A DNA stretch of 64,000 nucleotides from an uncultured Gammaproteobacteria bacterium (GCA_965231005.1 OZ246405.1:167204-231203), one strand, 5' to 3'. Shown: positions 37,489 through 47,380, numbered from the stretch's first letter. A program made the numbers and translations. The notes: generated from the sequence alone by a model not told the origin.

Positions 37489-39297
37489 CTACGCTGCTTC
37501 ACTTGCATTCTGCGATTCCCGCTGCATCATGAGCTTGTCCACCCAACTACGAGGAACAACCCCAGGCACATAGCTGCCATAACGACTGTTGCGAGGTGTG
37601 TAGATGAAAACTCCTTGAACGATGAGTTCGCCCTGGACCTTTGCGTTTCTCCAGTCTTGTGAGGACATGTTAGAGCTGGTCTTTGCACGGAGAGCCTTGC
37701 AGTCTTCACTTCTGAACAGTTGTCCATCACTTGCAAGGAATATCTCCAAACCTCGATTGTAGCCCATTGGAGGGAGCCGGATGTACTCACGCGTCCAAAA
37801 GCCTTTGTACCAGACTGCGCCGTCTTCGCGGACTGTACCATCCGTTAGCTCAGTTGATGTAGCAGCTCGCTGTTCATAAAGTTCGTCGACCCACGAACGC
37901 AAAACCACTCCCGGTGTGTAGATTCCTCCACGTTTCCCTTCTTTCGAAGCGTATGAGTATGCTGCATCGAGCACACCACCCTGCTGTACAGCACTACGCC
38001 ACTGAGGGTAACTCATGGGAGGACTGATGACCTTGAGAAATTCCTTGATTGCCGATGACGGAAATGGTTGTCCGTCACTTTTGAGGAACATCTTCCTGAC
38101 TCGATCTTGAGCAAATGGACGAAGACCTGGAATCTCATCCATCACCCAAAAACCCCTGTACAGAACTGCACCATCTTCGCGGGCTGTACCGTCCTTCAGT
38201 TCAGTTGATGCTTTCTCGTCAGGCTTGTCTTCGGCCTGTTCTGGTTCTGCACCTTCTTCTTCGCTCGATTCATCATCAGCTTCGCTAGTTGCTGGCTCAG
38301 AATCTTCTGCTGCTGGTTCGTCCTCGACCTCTTCAGTCTCATCTGGATCTGCAGCTTCAGGTTCGATGGGTTCATCCGCATCTTGGATTTCAGGCTGAGA
38401 ATCTTCAGCTTGCGCCTGCTCAGTTTGATCTGCGGAATCAGCATCCGAATGAACCGGACCCTCACCCCAACCTGGTGGCGGACTTCCTTCCTGCCCGATC
38501 GGTGCAGCAAAAACCTTTGCAGCTCGTGCTGCAGCGGCAGCTTCTCGTGCTCTGACTTCTGCCTGAGCTTTCTCAGCAAGCGCAGCCCAGTTTCTGGAAC
38601 GGACAGACCAATCAACAGATCCAACCACCTCTACCATCCCATCTTCTCGGAACGTTGGCCTTGACCGGGGAAGAGTTGAAAGAGGCCATGAAGGAGCTGC
38701 TGGCTTTGCAGCTTGCTCACCCTCAACAGGCGTTTCGTCGTCAGCGTTTTGCTCTGGATGCAGCAGTGCAATGTTCAACTTCCAGCGACCTCTGCCAGCA
38801 TCGAGCAGCAGTTGGCATGCCACCAAATCAGAGAAAACAACATCACTTCCCTTCAGCCACTCAATGAGCCTGAAACGAGCAAAAACAGCACTGTTTGGAT
38901 CCTTGCCACCCTCGATCAGCTTGATTTCAATGAGCCGAGCTGCCTCAAAGTCAGCTTCCTCAGGATCTCGAAAAACGATTTTCTTCTTGATCGGTGGCGC
39001 TTTTTTACGACGCTTTGAAGATTTCGACTCCCCACCAGAAGGACGTTGAGAAAGGCAAGCACGCCCAGAATCTGTAAAGTACAGATGACCACTAGTGAGA
39101 CGCTTCAGGAACCCATGCCTGGTAGCATCTGAGATGAATGCAGCGAGATCGTCTTTTGCAATCCGCCCACTTACACGGAGAGCTTCTGGGAGAAGTCGCG
39201 CTCCATGCAATGTTTTGCTCATCCGTCCTAGTACTGTTGCCACCTCAGCAGCAACTGTTTTTTGACTCTTGACCATAGCCTTCTTTTTGCGAGCCAT
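37489..39297 (-). CDS. GC-rich 602-aa protein with a basic N-terminal region, a roughly 90-aa acidic low-complexity linker and two tandem roughly 110-aa C-terminal repeats (island E, gene 1)
   Basis: SD is GAGGAGGTCATC then ATG. The two repeat units begin ELKDGTAREDGAVLYRGFW and ELTDGTVREDGAVWYKGFW. Confidence 0.6.
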   Translation of the reverse strand: MARKKKAMVKSQKTVAAEVATVLGRMSKTLHGARLLPEALRVSGRIAKDDLAAFISDATRHGFLKRLTSGHLYFTDSGRACLSQRPSGGESKSSKRRKKAPPIKKKIVFRDPEEADFEAARLIEIKLIEGGKDPNSAVFARFRLIEWLKGSDVVFSDLVACQLLLDAGRGRWKLNIALLHPEQNADDETPVEGEQAAKPAAPSWPLSTLPRSRPTFREDGMVEVVGSVDWSVRSRNWAALAEKAQAEVRAREAAAAARAAKVFAAPIGQEGSPPPGWGEGPVHSDADSADQTEQAQAEDSQPEIQDADEPIEPEAADPDETEEVEDEPAAEDSEPATSEADDESSEEEGAEPEQAEDKPDEKASTELKDGTAREDGAVLYRGFWVMDEIPGLRPFAQDRVRKMFLKSDGQPFPSSAIKEFLKVISPPMSYPQWRSAVQQGGVLDAAYSYASKEGKRGGIYTPGVVLRSWVDELYEQRAATSTELTDGTVREDGAVWYKGFWTREYIRLPPMGYNRGLEIFLASDGQLFRSEDCKALRAKTSSNMSSQDWRNAKVQGELIVQGVFIYTPRNSRYGSYVPGVVPRSWVDKLMMQRESQNASEAA

Positions 39298-39515
39298 GAT
39301 GACCTCCTCTGATCCCTAGTCTGTCCCAAAATGGACAAAAACTGGTTTCAAAAATATTTTCTGCGTCTATTACAGATGGTATATAGTCCAAAATTCATTT
39401 TTGAGACCAGTTCTATATAAAACGTAACAAGAAATAGCATGCTCGTCAATTATTGCCGACAAAAATTCACCATGCTATAATCTGCTTGTATATTTAAGTC
39501 CTGACACACTATTAT

Positions 39516-39965
39516 ATGTACGAAGGAAACCTCTATATTGCCTCAGATCATGGTGGATACAAACTTAAAAAACGCCTTGTTCGGTATGTTGAAAATGAAC
39601 TAAAGCGAGAAATTACAGACTTAGGTCCACATGAGTATGACGAGGCTGATGATTATCCTGATTATGTAATCCCACTTGCGCAAAAAGTTGCAAAAGAAGA
39701 TGCACGTGGTATTGTAATATGTAGAAATGGCATTGGTGTGAATATTGCAGTAAATAAAGTTAAAAATATTCGTGCTGGAATTGGATACAATCTAAAAGTT
39801 GCTGAAAGTATGATGAAAGATGATAATACAAATATTCTTTCACTTGCAGGAGACTCACTTTCAGAAGATCATGCCATGGCAATTGTAAAACGATGGCTTG
39901 AAACAGAATTTAGTAGTGCAGAGCGTCATACCCGTCGATTAAAAAAAGTTGCTGAATTGGAATAA
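39516..39965 (+). CDS. rpiB: Ribose-5-phosphate isomerase B
   Basis: LacAB/RpiB family, 149 aa. Its promoter is TTGCCG, 17-bp spacer, TATAAT. Confidence 0.85.
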   Translation: MYEGNLYIASDHGGYKLKKRLVRYVENELKREITDLGPHEYDEADDYPDYVIPLAQKVAKEDARGIVICRNGIGVNIAVNKVKNIRAGIGYNLKVAESMMKDDNTNILSLAGDSLSEDHAMAIVKRWLETEFSSAERHTRRLKKVAELE

Positions 39966-39969
39966 TGTT

Positions 39970-40611
39970 ATGATAAAAATAATCCCATCAACTCTTGTTC
40001 AATCTGAACAAGAATTTCTTTCACAAATCAAAGGACTTGGTAAGAGTCTAGATATGATTCAATTAGATATTGCTGATGGAAAATTTGTAAATAATACGAC
40101 TTGGGCAGATCCTGATGTTGTGAGAACAATAGATCTTGCAGTTGAACTACATTTAATGGTTGAGAATCCACTGGAAGAGTTAGAGCGGTGGAAAGATGTA
40201 AAACAAGTGAATAGAGTTCTTGCACACTATGAATCAATAAAAGATAGAGCACACGAAGCAATTCACAAAATTCAAGATTCATATGAATGGGCAATTGGAA
40301 TTGCAGTAAATCCTGAAACAGATATTTCTGTTCTTGAACCACTACTGCCAGATATTCAACTTGTTATGTTTATGGGAGTGCATCCTGGAAAACAAGGACA
40401 AGGATTTTTACCGGAAACACTCGAAAGAATACGTCAATTTAAAAAACTAAATACTGAACATCTTGTTTCTGTAGATGGTGCAGTAAACGAACAAACAATA
40501 AAAGATATTCAAGAGGCAGGAGCAGACATTGTTTGCCCAGGAAGTGCGGTCTTTCACAGCGATAAAACTCCTGCTGAAAGTGTAGAATATTTACAATCAC
40601 TTGTATCATAG
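39970..40611 (+). CDS. rpe: Ribulose-phosphate 3-epimerase
   Basis: HLMVENP, GVHPG and DGAVN motifs. Confidence 0.75.
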   Translation: MIKIIPSTLVQSEQEFLSQIKGLGKSLDMIQLDIADGKFVNNTTWADPDVVRTIDLAVELHLMVENPLEELERWKDVKQVNRVLAHYESIKDRAHEAIHKIQDSYEWAIGIAVNPETDISVLEPLLPDIQLVMFMGVHPGKQGQGFLPETLERIRQFKKLNTEHLVSVDGAVNEQTIKDIQEAGADIVCPGSAVFHSDKTPAESVEYLQSLVS

Positions 40612-40836
40612 GCAATTAACAACTAACAATTAGCAATTAACAAGAATTTAGTATAGAATAACTTTCTTAGAAAAAAAGATTATTTATCAGCTAATAGTTA
40701 ATAGTTATTAGACAACTTGGCTTCTGCCTTTCTTATGTGGTCTATTAACTAGTAACTAATAGCTATTAATTCCGTACTCGTTATAAAGAATTTTTTCTAC
40801 TAAGCTTGTTAATTGTTTTTTGTTAATTGTTAATTG
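40612..40836. repeat. MITE-like structured intergenic element, copy B
   Basis: 33-bp terminal inverted repeats GCAATTAACAACTAACAATTAGCAATTAACAAG and CTTGTTAATTGTTTTTTGTTAATTGTTAATTG. The core is homologous to copy A. Confidence 0.65.
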
Positions 40837-40841
40837 ATTTT

Positions 40842-41810
40842 ATGAAAGAAGAACTACTTGATCTCGTTATTATAGGAGCTGCTGCTGCAGGAAGTGCTGC
40901 TGCAATTTATGCTGCGCGGCGACATCTAAATTTTATTGTTGTTGCAAAAGACACTGGTGGTGAAGTCGCACTCTCTGGTGAAGTGGAAAACTGGCCAGGA
41001 GTTATTCACACAACAGGATTTGAACTTGCAAAAAATTTCAATGACCATGTAAAAAGTTATGGTGTACAAATTGACGAAGGATTTGCTGCAACAAAAATTG
41101 AACAAGTAAAAAATTATCATATTGTTCATGCAGAAACTTCTACAGGAGAAAAAAGAACATACCAAACAAAATCTGTAATCATTGCAAGTGGTATTCATCC
41201 ACGACTCTTAGAAATTCCAGGAGAAACTGAATTAAAAGGAAGAGGAGTAACCTACTGTACAGTGTGTGATGGACCATTGTTTAAAGACAAAACAACTGCA
41301 ACAATTGGAGCTGGAAATTCAGCGGTTGAATCAGCACTTATGATGGCTGAAATTGCAAAAAAAGTTTATTTGATTACAAAATACCCTGACACACCAGAAC
41401 ACAAAGGTGGATTTCCAAAAGCAGAAGATATTCTTGTAAAAAAATTAAAGCAATTAAAAAATGTTGAAATTGTGTACAATGCTTTGACAAAGGAGATTCT
41501 TGGTGATGGCATGGTAAGTGGACTCAAGTATGATGATACAGAATCAAAAGAAGAAAAAGAATTAAAAGTTGATGGGGTTATGGTTCACATTGGTATGATT
41601 CCAAATTCTGACTTTGTAACATGTGGAAAGAAAACAAAAGAAGGAGAACTTATGGTAAATACACGCTGTGAAACTGATTGTCCTGGTATTTTTGCTGCTG
41701 GTGATGTTACCGATGTTCCATTTAAACAAATCAGTATTGCGGTTGGGCAAGGAGCGACCGCGGCTTTGAGTGCCATTGATTATCTGAACCATTGGGAGCC
41801 AGCAGAATAG
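40842..41810 (+). CDS. trxB: Thioredoxin-disulfide reductase
   Basis: FAD GxGxxG, redox-active CTVCDG, NADPH GAGNSA. Confidence 0.85.
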   Translation: MKEELLDLVIIGAAAAGSAAAIYAARRHLNFIVVAKDTGGEVALSGEVENWPGVIHTTGFELAKNFNDHVKSYGVQIDEGFAATKIEQVKNYHIVHAETSTGEKRTYQTKSVIIASGIHPRLLEIPGETELKGRGVTYCTVCDGPLFKDKTTATIGAGNSAVESALMMAEIAKKVYLITKYPDTPEHKGGFPKAEDILVKKLKQLKNVEIVYNALTKEILGDGMVSGLKYDDTESKEEKELKVDGVMVHIGMIPNSDFVTCGKKTKEGELMVNTRCETDCPGIFAAGDVTDVPFKQISIAVGQGATAALSAIDYLNHWEPAE

Positions 41811-41828
41811 GAATAAATGCAAAAACCG

Positions 41829-41858
41829 CCCTAGTACGGCGGTTTTATGATATTATTG
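41829..41858 (+). terminator. trxB terminator
   Basis: ACCGCC-ctagta-CGGCGGT followed by TTTAT. Confidence 0.7.
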
Positions 41859-41862
41859 AAAT

Positions 41863-43467
41863 ATGAAATTATTTAATAAACACAAATATCCCATCATTCT
41901 CATAGCATTATTCCTTTTTCAATTCCTCTTTATCTCACCAATAGGAGAATTTGCACTAAATGATGACTGGGTGCATACCGATACTATTCAACACTGGGCT
42001 GAAACTGGAGAATTTCGCATGCTTCCATTTGCAGGCCCAACCTTTTATGTTCCAATTTTATATGGAGCAGGATTAGTAAAAACATTTGGGTTTTCTTTTT
42101 CATTACTCCGAATATCTACTCTTGTTTTCATGCTTGCAACAATAGTGTTGTTCTTCTTGTTATTGAAAAAAATTACAAAAAATAATGTAATGAGTTTTAT
42201 TGGAACGCTTATCTTGTGGCTTAATCCAATGGTATATAATTTGTCATTCACATTTATGACAGACATTCCAGCACTGTTTTTATTAATGAGTGCAATGTAT
42301 TTATATTTGAAAGGATTTGAAGAACAAAAACCAATACATTTATTTTGGGCGTCACTTCTTTGTATTGCAGGAATGTTTACACGGCAAACAAATATCTTAC
42401 TCCTTGCCGCAGCAGGACTGTATAGTTTAACTCAATTGAAACATATTTCATTCAAAAATCTGCTCTGGAGTTTTGGAATTCCAATAATCTTTGGAGGTCT
42501 CATCTATGTATGGCTTGGCTTCAATGGATTGCTGCCACAAAATTTAAACAGTCATGGCATTGAAGGAATTGGAAGATTGCTTGGTCATATAAAATGGTGG
42601 CTATTTTATATTCCAATGTATTTAGGTCTCTTTCTTTTTCCAATTACTGCTGGATGGATTATAAAAAATAAAAAACAATGGAAATCAAAGCAACTTTGGA
42701 TATTGATTGGAGGTTTTGTACTGCTTGCGCTGTTTATACGTCAGACATATCATTTGCAATTGCCGTATGTCATTAATATGATCTCTCTGTTTGGTCTTGG
42801 CCCTATGCATGATGTGCTTGAAGGAGTGCTTACGCCAATATGGTCGAGTAAGATATGGGGATTGATAACTATTCTTGCTGCTGCCAGTGCTGGAGTACTT
42901 ATATATCTTTTAACCAAGAAAAAAATAAATGTCAATGACACTTCTTTTATAACAATATTTGGATTGTTGTATGCAATTCCACTCCTTGTTGTTGAAGGAT
43001 TTGACCGTTATCTTATTCCTTTGATTGTTGTAATGATTATTCTTCTATTTGAAAAAATACAGACAACTGAATTGTCAAAAATAATGACAATGCTAAGCAT
43101 TGGAGTATTTGCAATCTTTAGTATTAGTCAAACACAATTTTATATGAACTGGAATCAGGCCCGCTGGGAGCTGGCAAATGATCTGTTCAATAACCAAGGA
43201 ATTAAAGCAGCACAAATTGATGCTGGATATGAGTGGTTAGGATGGCATGACTATTGGAATGCGTACGAATCTGGAGAAAAACAACTTTCAAAATCACTCT
43301 CACCATGGATTCGAGCAGTATTTGGAAATAATACAAGGGAGTACATGGTAAGTTTTTCTGATATTGAGGGATATGACGTGATAACATCTAAAAATCTTAC
43401 TGGTTGGAATCCAAATAACACCCTTTTCGTACTTAAAAAACAAGAAAACCCAACTGCTGACAGATAA
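41863..43467 (+). CDS. GT-C superfamily glycosyltransferase (ArnT/PMT-like, GT39/GT83)
   Basis: About 12 transmembrane helices with an acidic motif in the first loop. 534 aa. Confidence 0.6.
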   Translation: MKLFNKHKYPIILIALFLFQFLFISPIGEFALNDDWVHTDTIQHWAETGEFRMLPFAGPTFYVPILYGAGLVKTFGFSFSLLRISTLVFMLATIVLFFLLLKKITKNNVMSFIGTLILWLNPMVYNLSFTFMTDIPALFLLMSAMYLYLKGFEEQKPIHLFWASLLCIAGMFTRQTNILLLAAAGLYSLTQLKHISFKNLLWSFGIPIIFGGLIYVWLGFNGLLPQNLNSHGIEGIGRLLGHIKWWLFYIPMYLGLFLFPITAGWIIKNKKQWKSKQLWILIGGFVLLALFIRQTYHLQLPYVINMISLFGLGPMHDVLEGVLTPIWSSKIWGLITILAAASAGVLIYLLTKKKINVNDTSFITIFGLLYAIPLLVVEGFDRYLIPLIVVMIILLFEKIQTTELSKIMTMLSIGVFAIFSISQTQFYMNWNQARWELANDLFNNQGIKAAQIDAGYEWLGWHDYWNAYESGEKQLSKSLSPWIRAVFGNNTREYMVSFSDIEGYDVITSKNLTGWNPNNTLFVLKKQENPTADR

Positions 43468-43499
43468 ACACAGTTTTGATATACTGTATACATATATAA

Positions 43500-43814
43500 T
43501 TGAAGAATATGGAGAACATCTGTTCAACATACATACCAAATTGTACAGAAACTGCTGTTATTATCGTAGCTATACTAGGAACTGTGCTTTTGATTTATTC
43601 ACAATTTGTCGAAGCTGAAAATAGAAGAGACCTGATTAGAATGGTCGGTGCTGCTATGCTATTTGTATATGCATTATATGTTGCAGACGGTATATTCATG
43701 ACAGTCACAGCTGGAATTTTCTTTGCCTCACTTATTGAATTTCTTGAAATATATTTAGGTATGCACAAGCATAACAAAGTTGATATCGATCGGTATAAAA
43801 AGATGAAATACTAA
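43500..43814 (+). CDS. Small three-helix membrane protein
   Basis: 104-aa hydrophobic ORF upstream of the sugar kinase gene. Confidence 0.4.
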   Translation: MKNMENICSTYIPNCTETAVIIVAILGTVLLIYSQFVEAENRRDLIRMVGAAMLFVYALYVADGIFMTVTAGIFFASLIEFLEIYLGMHKHNKVDIDRYKKMKY

Positions 43815-43831
43815 CTTACTAGATATTATTT

Positions 43832-44803
43832 ATGCTGGATGTAATCACAATTGGAGATTCTCTTATCGACATTTTTCTCATCCTTAGTGAAGAAGACGCT
43901 AACTGTATTATAAATAAACACACCAAAAAGTTGTGTTTTAATTATGCAGATAAAATTTGTATTCAGCACTCGACACACGACGTCGGAGGCAATGCACCAA
44001 ATGTTGCAATAGGTGCAAAACGTATAGGACTGAAAACAGGAATCATCACAGAACTCGGTGACGATATCAATGGACAAGCAATTGCACAGGAATTTGAAAA
44101 AAGAGGCATTGACACAAGTCTTGTTAAAATTCACAAAAATAAAGAAACTCGGTATTCTGTTGTTTTGAATTATCAAGCAGAACGAACAATTTTGAGTTAC
44201 CACGTTCCGCGAACATACCGTTTGCCAACTCTTCCAAAAACAAAATGGATTTACTACACATCGCTCGGAAGTTCATTTGAAAAATTGCAAGATAAATTAG
44301 TCTCATATCTTAAAAAACATCCAGATGTAAAACTCGCCATGAATCCTGGATCATACCAATTCCGAAACGGACTTAAAAAAATAAAACAAATCATCCCAAG
44401 AGTTGATCTTCTTCTTTTGAACAAAGAAGAAGCAGGAAAAATGGTTGGAAAAAAGAAGACAATAAAGGGATATATTCGATCACTACACAAACTTGGAGCC
44501 AGACATGTAGTCATTACAGATGGAATGAAAGGATCATACGCATCAAATGGAAATACAACCTTTTTCATGAAGCCATATCCTATTAAAGCTATTGCAAAAA
44601 CAGGTGCAGGCGATGCCTATACAAGTGGTTTTCTTTCTGCTATGATTGTTGGGCGAACACTCCCAGAAGCAATCCAATGGGGCACAGCAAACGCAGCTGG
44701 AGTGGTTCAGGAATTTGGAGCACAAAAAGGATTATCTACAAAAAAACAAATACAAAATATCATAAAAAAACATCCAAAAGTGCTTCCAAAAACATATAAA
44801 TAA
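43832..44803 (+). CDS. PfkB-family carbohydrate kinase (ribokinase-like)
   Basis: GG dipeptide region and GAGDAYTSGF anion hole. Confidence 0.8.
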   Translation: MLDVITIGDSLIDIFLILSEEDANCIINKHTKKLCFNYADKICIQHSTHDVGGNAPNVAIGAKRIGLKTGIITELGDDINGQAIAQEFEKRGIDTSLVKIHKNKETRYSVVLNYQAERTILSYHVPRTYRLPTLPKTKWIYYTSLGSSFEKLQDKLVSYLKKHPDVKLAMNPGSYQFRNGLKKIKQIIPRVDLLLLNKEEAGKMVGKKKTIKGYIRSLHKLGARHVVITDGMKGSYASNGNTTFFMKPYPIKAIAKTGAGDAYTSGFLSAMIVGRTLPEAIQWGTANAAGVVQEFGAQKGLSTKKQIQNIIKKHPKVLPKTYK

Positions 44804-44821
44804 ATACTATATAACCTAATT

Positions 44822-46234
44822 ATGTCTTCTTCAAAGGTAACAAAAAAAGTAACCCAAGGAGTAAAAAGAGGCGTCAAAGGAGTTACAAGTGTTGTACCAA
44901 TAAATCTCGTTGGGAAACTATACGACCAAGTTGTAAAAACAATAAGTAGCAGCGGTTCAAAACAGCACCGCGATATTATCTTATATGTTGGAGCCGTCTA
45001 TAATCATATGATAGACGCCATCAAACAGTACGAAAAATTGAAAAAAAGAAAATTTCGTATTGCCCTGTTGCATGATTCAAGACAGAAGTTAGATCAATAC
45101 ACACAAGCTGCACTAAATCGTGTGGATATTGTACTCTCTTGTGATACAAACCAAGTTACGGCTATTCAAAAAACACTTCTACCATATCAGCATGAATTGC
45201 TTACCGTAACATGTAGAAGTGAAAAACATATTCCAATGCTTTCACGTGTGATTCCAAATGTCCCTTATGTAAATACACCAACAACTGCTTCCCTTACATG
45301 GGCTTCAGACAAAATAACTATGCGAGAACGTATTGCTGCGTACAACAAAAAAATCTCTCCAGCATTTACACTCGTAAAAGACACAACAAAAGCATCTATT
45401 AAAAAAATTGAAGAAGAAATTGGTTATCCATTAATCGTCAAACCATCTGGGTTAGCAGCAAGTGTATTAGTGAGTATTTGTTATCACAGAGAAGAACTGG
45501 AGGAAGTATTAAAACGAGTGTTCAAAAAAATCGAATCGCTTTACAAAAAACACAATTTTCAACACGAGCCTCGTGTTCTTGTTGAAGAATTCATGGAAGG
45601 AGAAATGTATTCTGTTGATGCATACGTAAGTGCACACGGAAAAGTATTTTTCTGTCCAATGGTTTACATTCGAACTGGAAAACGAATAGGGTTTGATGAC
45701 TTTTTTGGCTACTTCCAAGTAACACCAACATTATTGAATAAAGAAAGTATTGCCAATGCACAACGCGCAGCAACAGAAGCAATTCTTGCTATTGGACTTC
45801 GCAGCACAACTGCACATGTTGAAATGATGAAGACAGAACAAGGATGGAAAATTATTGAACTTGGTGCACGCGTCGGTGGATTCCGACATATGCTCTATGA
45901 ATTTGCATATGGCATAAATCATACAGCAAATGACATAGCAATCCGACTTCCAGAAAAACCAATTATTACAAAAACTGTAAAAGGATATACGGCTGCAATG
46001 AAATTCTATGCAAAAAAAGAAGGAAAACTTACAAAACTGGTTGGGATAAAAAAGGCCCAGGAATTGAAATCATTCAAACGACTCTACGTAAACAAAAAAA
46101 TTGGAGATCAATGCAAATTTGCTAAACACGGTGGAGCAAGTGTATTTAATATCATTCTTCATCACAAAAATAGATCAGACCTTTTGGCCGATGTTCGACG
46201 ACTAGAGCAAATGATAAGTATAGATACTGCGTAA
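44822..46234 (+). CDS. ATP-grasp domain protein
   Basis: The C-terminal half carries an ATP-grasp fold (EEFMEGEMYSVDAYV). Confidence 0.55.
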   Translation: MSSSKVTKKVTQGVKRGVKGVTSVVPINLVGKLYDQVVKTISSSGSKQHRDIILYVGAVYNHMIDAIKQYEKLKKRKFRIALLHDSRQKLDQYTQAALNRVDIVLSCDTNQVTAIQKTLLPYQHELLTVTCRSEKHIPMLSRVIPNVPYVNTPTTASLTWASDKITMRERIAAYNKKISPAFTLVKDTTKASIKKIEEEIGYPLIVKPSGLAASVLVSICYHREELEEVLKRVFKKIESLYKKHNFQHEPRVLVEEFMEGEMYSVDAYVSAHGKVFFCPMVYIRTGKRIGFDDFFGYFQVTPTLLNKESIANAQRAATEAILAIGLRSTTAHVEMMKTEQGWKIIELGARVGGFRHMLYEFAYGINHTANDIAIRLPEKPIITKTVKGYTAAMKFYAKKEGKLTKLVGIKKAQELKSFKRLYVNKKIGDQCKFAKHGGASVFNIILHHKNRSDLLADVRRLEQMISIDTA

Positions 46235-46244
46235 TCACAAAAAC

Positions 46245-46276
46245 AAAAAAATGTAGGGAATACCTACATTTTTTTA
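46245..46276. terminator. Bidirectional terminator
   Basis: ATGTAGG-gaata-CCTACAT followed by TTTTTTT. Confidence 0.75.
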
Positions 46277-46284
46277 TATTCATA

Positions 46285-46995
46285 TTATTTGTGTATAGGC
46301 CGTTTCTTTTTCAAATGGACCTTTCTTCCCTCAAAATGCTCTGGAGCGCTACACAGAGCCTCATAGCTTATCTCTGGGCCAAGAGCACACATACCAAGCT
46401 CAAATCCACGAACTTGATCTCGAATCTCCCCTGCAAGCTGTGGATGTTCTTGTTCTGCATCAGCCATAATACGAAGGCTATCTAGCCGATGTTCTAAATC
46501 TTCTAAAATATCTGAAAATTCAAGAACTCTATCCATAAATTCTTTTTTTCTTGTACTATGAACGTCATGAACCACTTGTGCGCGAATTGCTTGAGCTAAT
46601 TCAACCAATGCCTCACAAAGATGTGACCGTTCTTCTGATGTAAAAAAATTAACAGATCGACCTGCATGCAACTCACGAAGTGATCCACCATCTTTTATAA
46701 AATCATCAAATCTTTTTTTCATTTTTGAAGATAAATGACTTCGTAGTAACTTTTCACCAACCTTTCCTTCTTGAAGTAATGCAAATTCAACAAACGCCTT
46801 TCTATATGGCCAAACTTTTTTTCCAAAAACAATCATGGTGTCTTCTAATTCTTCAAGCGTAAGAGAATAATTATTTTCAAGTTGATCAAGTGCTTCTTGC
46901 ATTTCTTCTTGAACATCTTTTGGTACGACAAGACAGACTAAATCGTATAGTCGACGGAAAATTAACAATGTATGTTCCACGGCTGCATCATGCAT
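46285..46995 (-). CDS. Hypothetical protein
   Basis: AT-rich 236-aa ORF. A TTGTTAATTG leader overlaps its 5' end. Confidence 0.45.
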   Translation of the reverse strand: MHDAAVEHTLLIFRRLYDLVCLVVPKDVQEEMQEALDQLENNYSLTLEELEDTMIVFGKKVWPYRKAFVEFALLQEGKVGEKLLRSHLSSKMKKRFDDFIKDGGSLRELHAGRSVNFFTSEERSHLCEALVELAQAIRAQVVHDVHSTRKKEFMDRVLEFSDILEDLEHRLDSLRIMADAEQEHPQLAGEIRDQVRGFELGMCALGPEISYEALCSAPEHFEGRKVHLKKKRPIHK

Positions 46996-47028
46996 AGCAA
47001 TTAACAAATATCAATATAAATCAAGACC

Positions 47029-47337
47029 TTACCACTCAAACAAAGGAGGGAGCCCTGCCTTAGATCTTTTATACGAATTCCATGGTGTTTTTTTATCAAG
47101 ACCTTGTTCACCAGCATCAAACAACTCCTTTTCAAGGAATAATTTTACATCTTCATCATCAAATTTATCCGCATCATTTATGCAAAAGCGCCTCGCACCT
47201 GCATCACCATTTGCTCTCCAAAAACGCAAAAGACGCTTGTAAAAAATGTCGTCTACTCGGTCACCTAAAAAACGTTCAAATGCATCTGCAGATGCTGAAC
47301 CAACTTTCATATCTGGATTTGATCTTGTTTCACCCAT
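47029..47337 (-). CDS. Hypothetical protein (102 aa)
   Basis: ORF with host composition. Confidence 0.4.
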   Translation of the reverse strand: MGETRSNPDMKVGSASADAFERFLGDRVDDIFYKRLLRFWRANGDAGARRFCINDADKFDDEDVKLFLEKELFDAGEQGLDKKTPWNSYKRSKAGLPPLFEW

Positions 47338-47380
47338 AGTTTGTAATTAATGATAGTATATCAAAGCTTCTAACTAATAT

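Noticed and set aside
43500-43814. SemiSWEET sugar transporter next to the PfkB kinase
   Set aside because: A three-helix 104-aa membrane protein fits the size, but the diagnostic PQ motif in TM1 is absent (it reads SQ). It is left as a generic small membrane protein.
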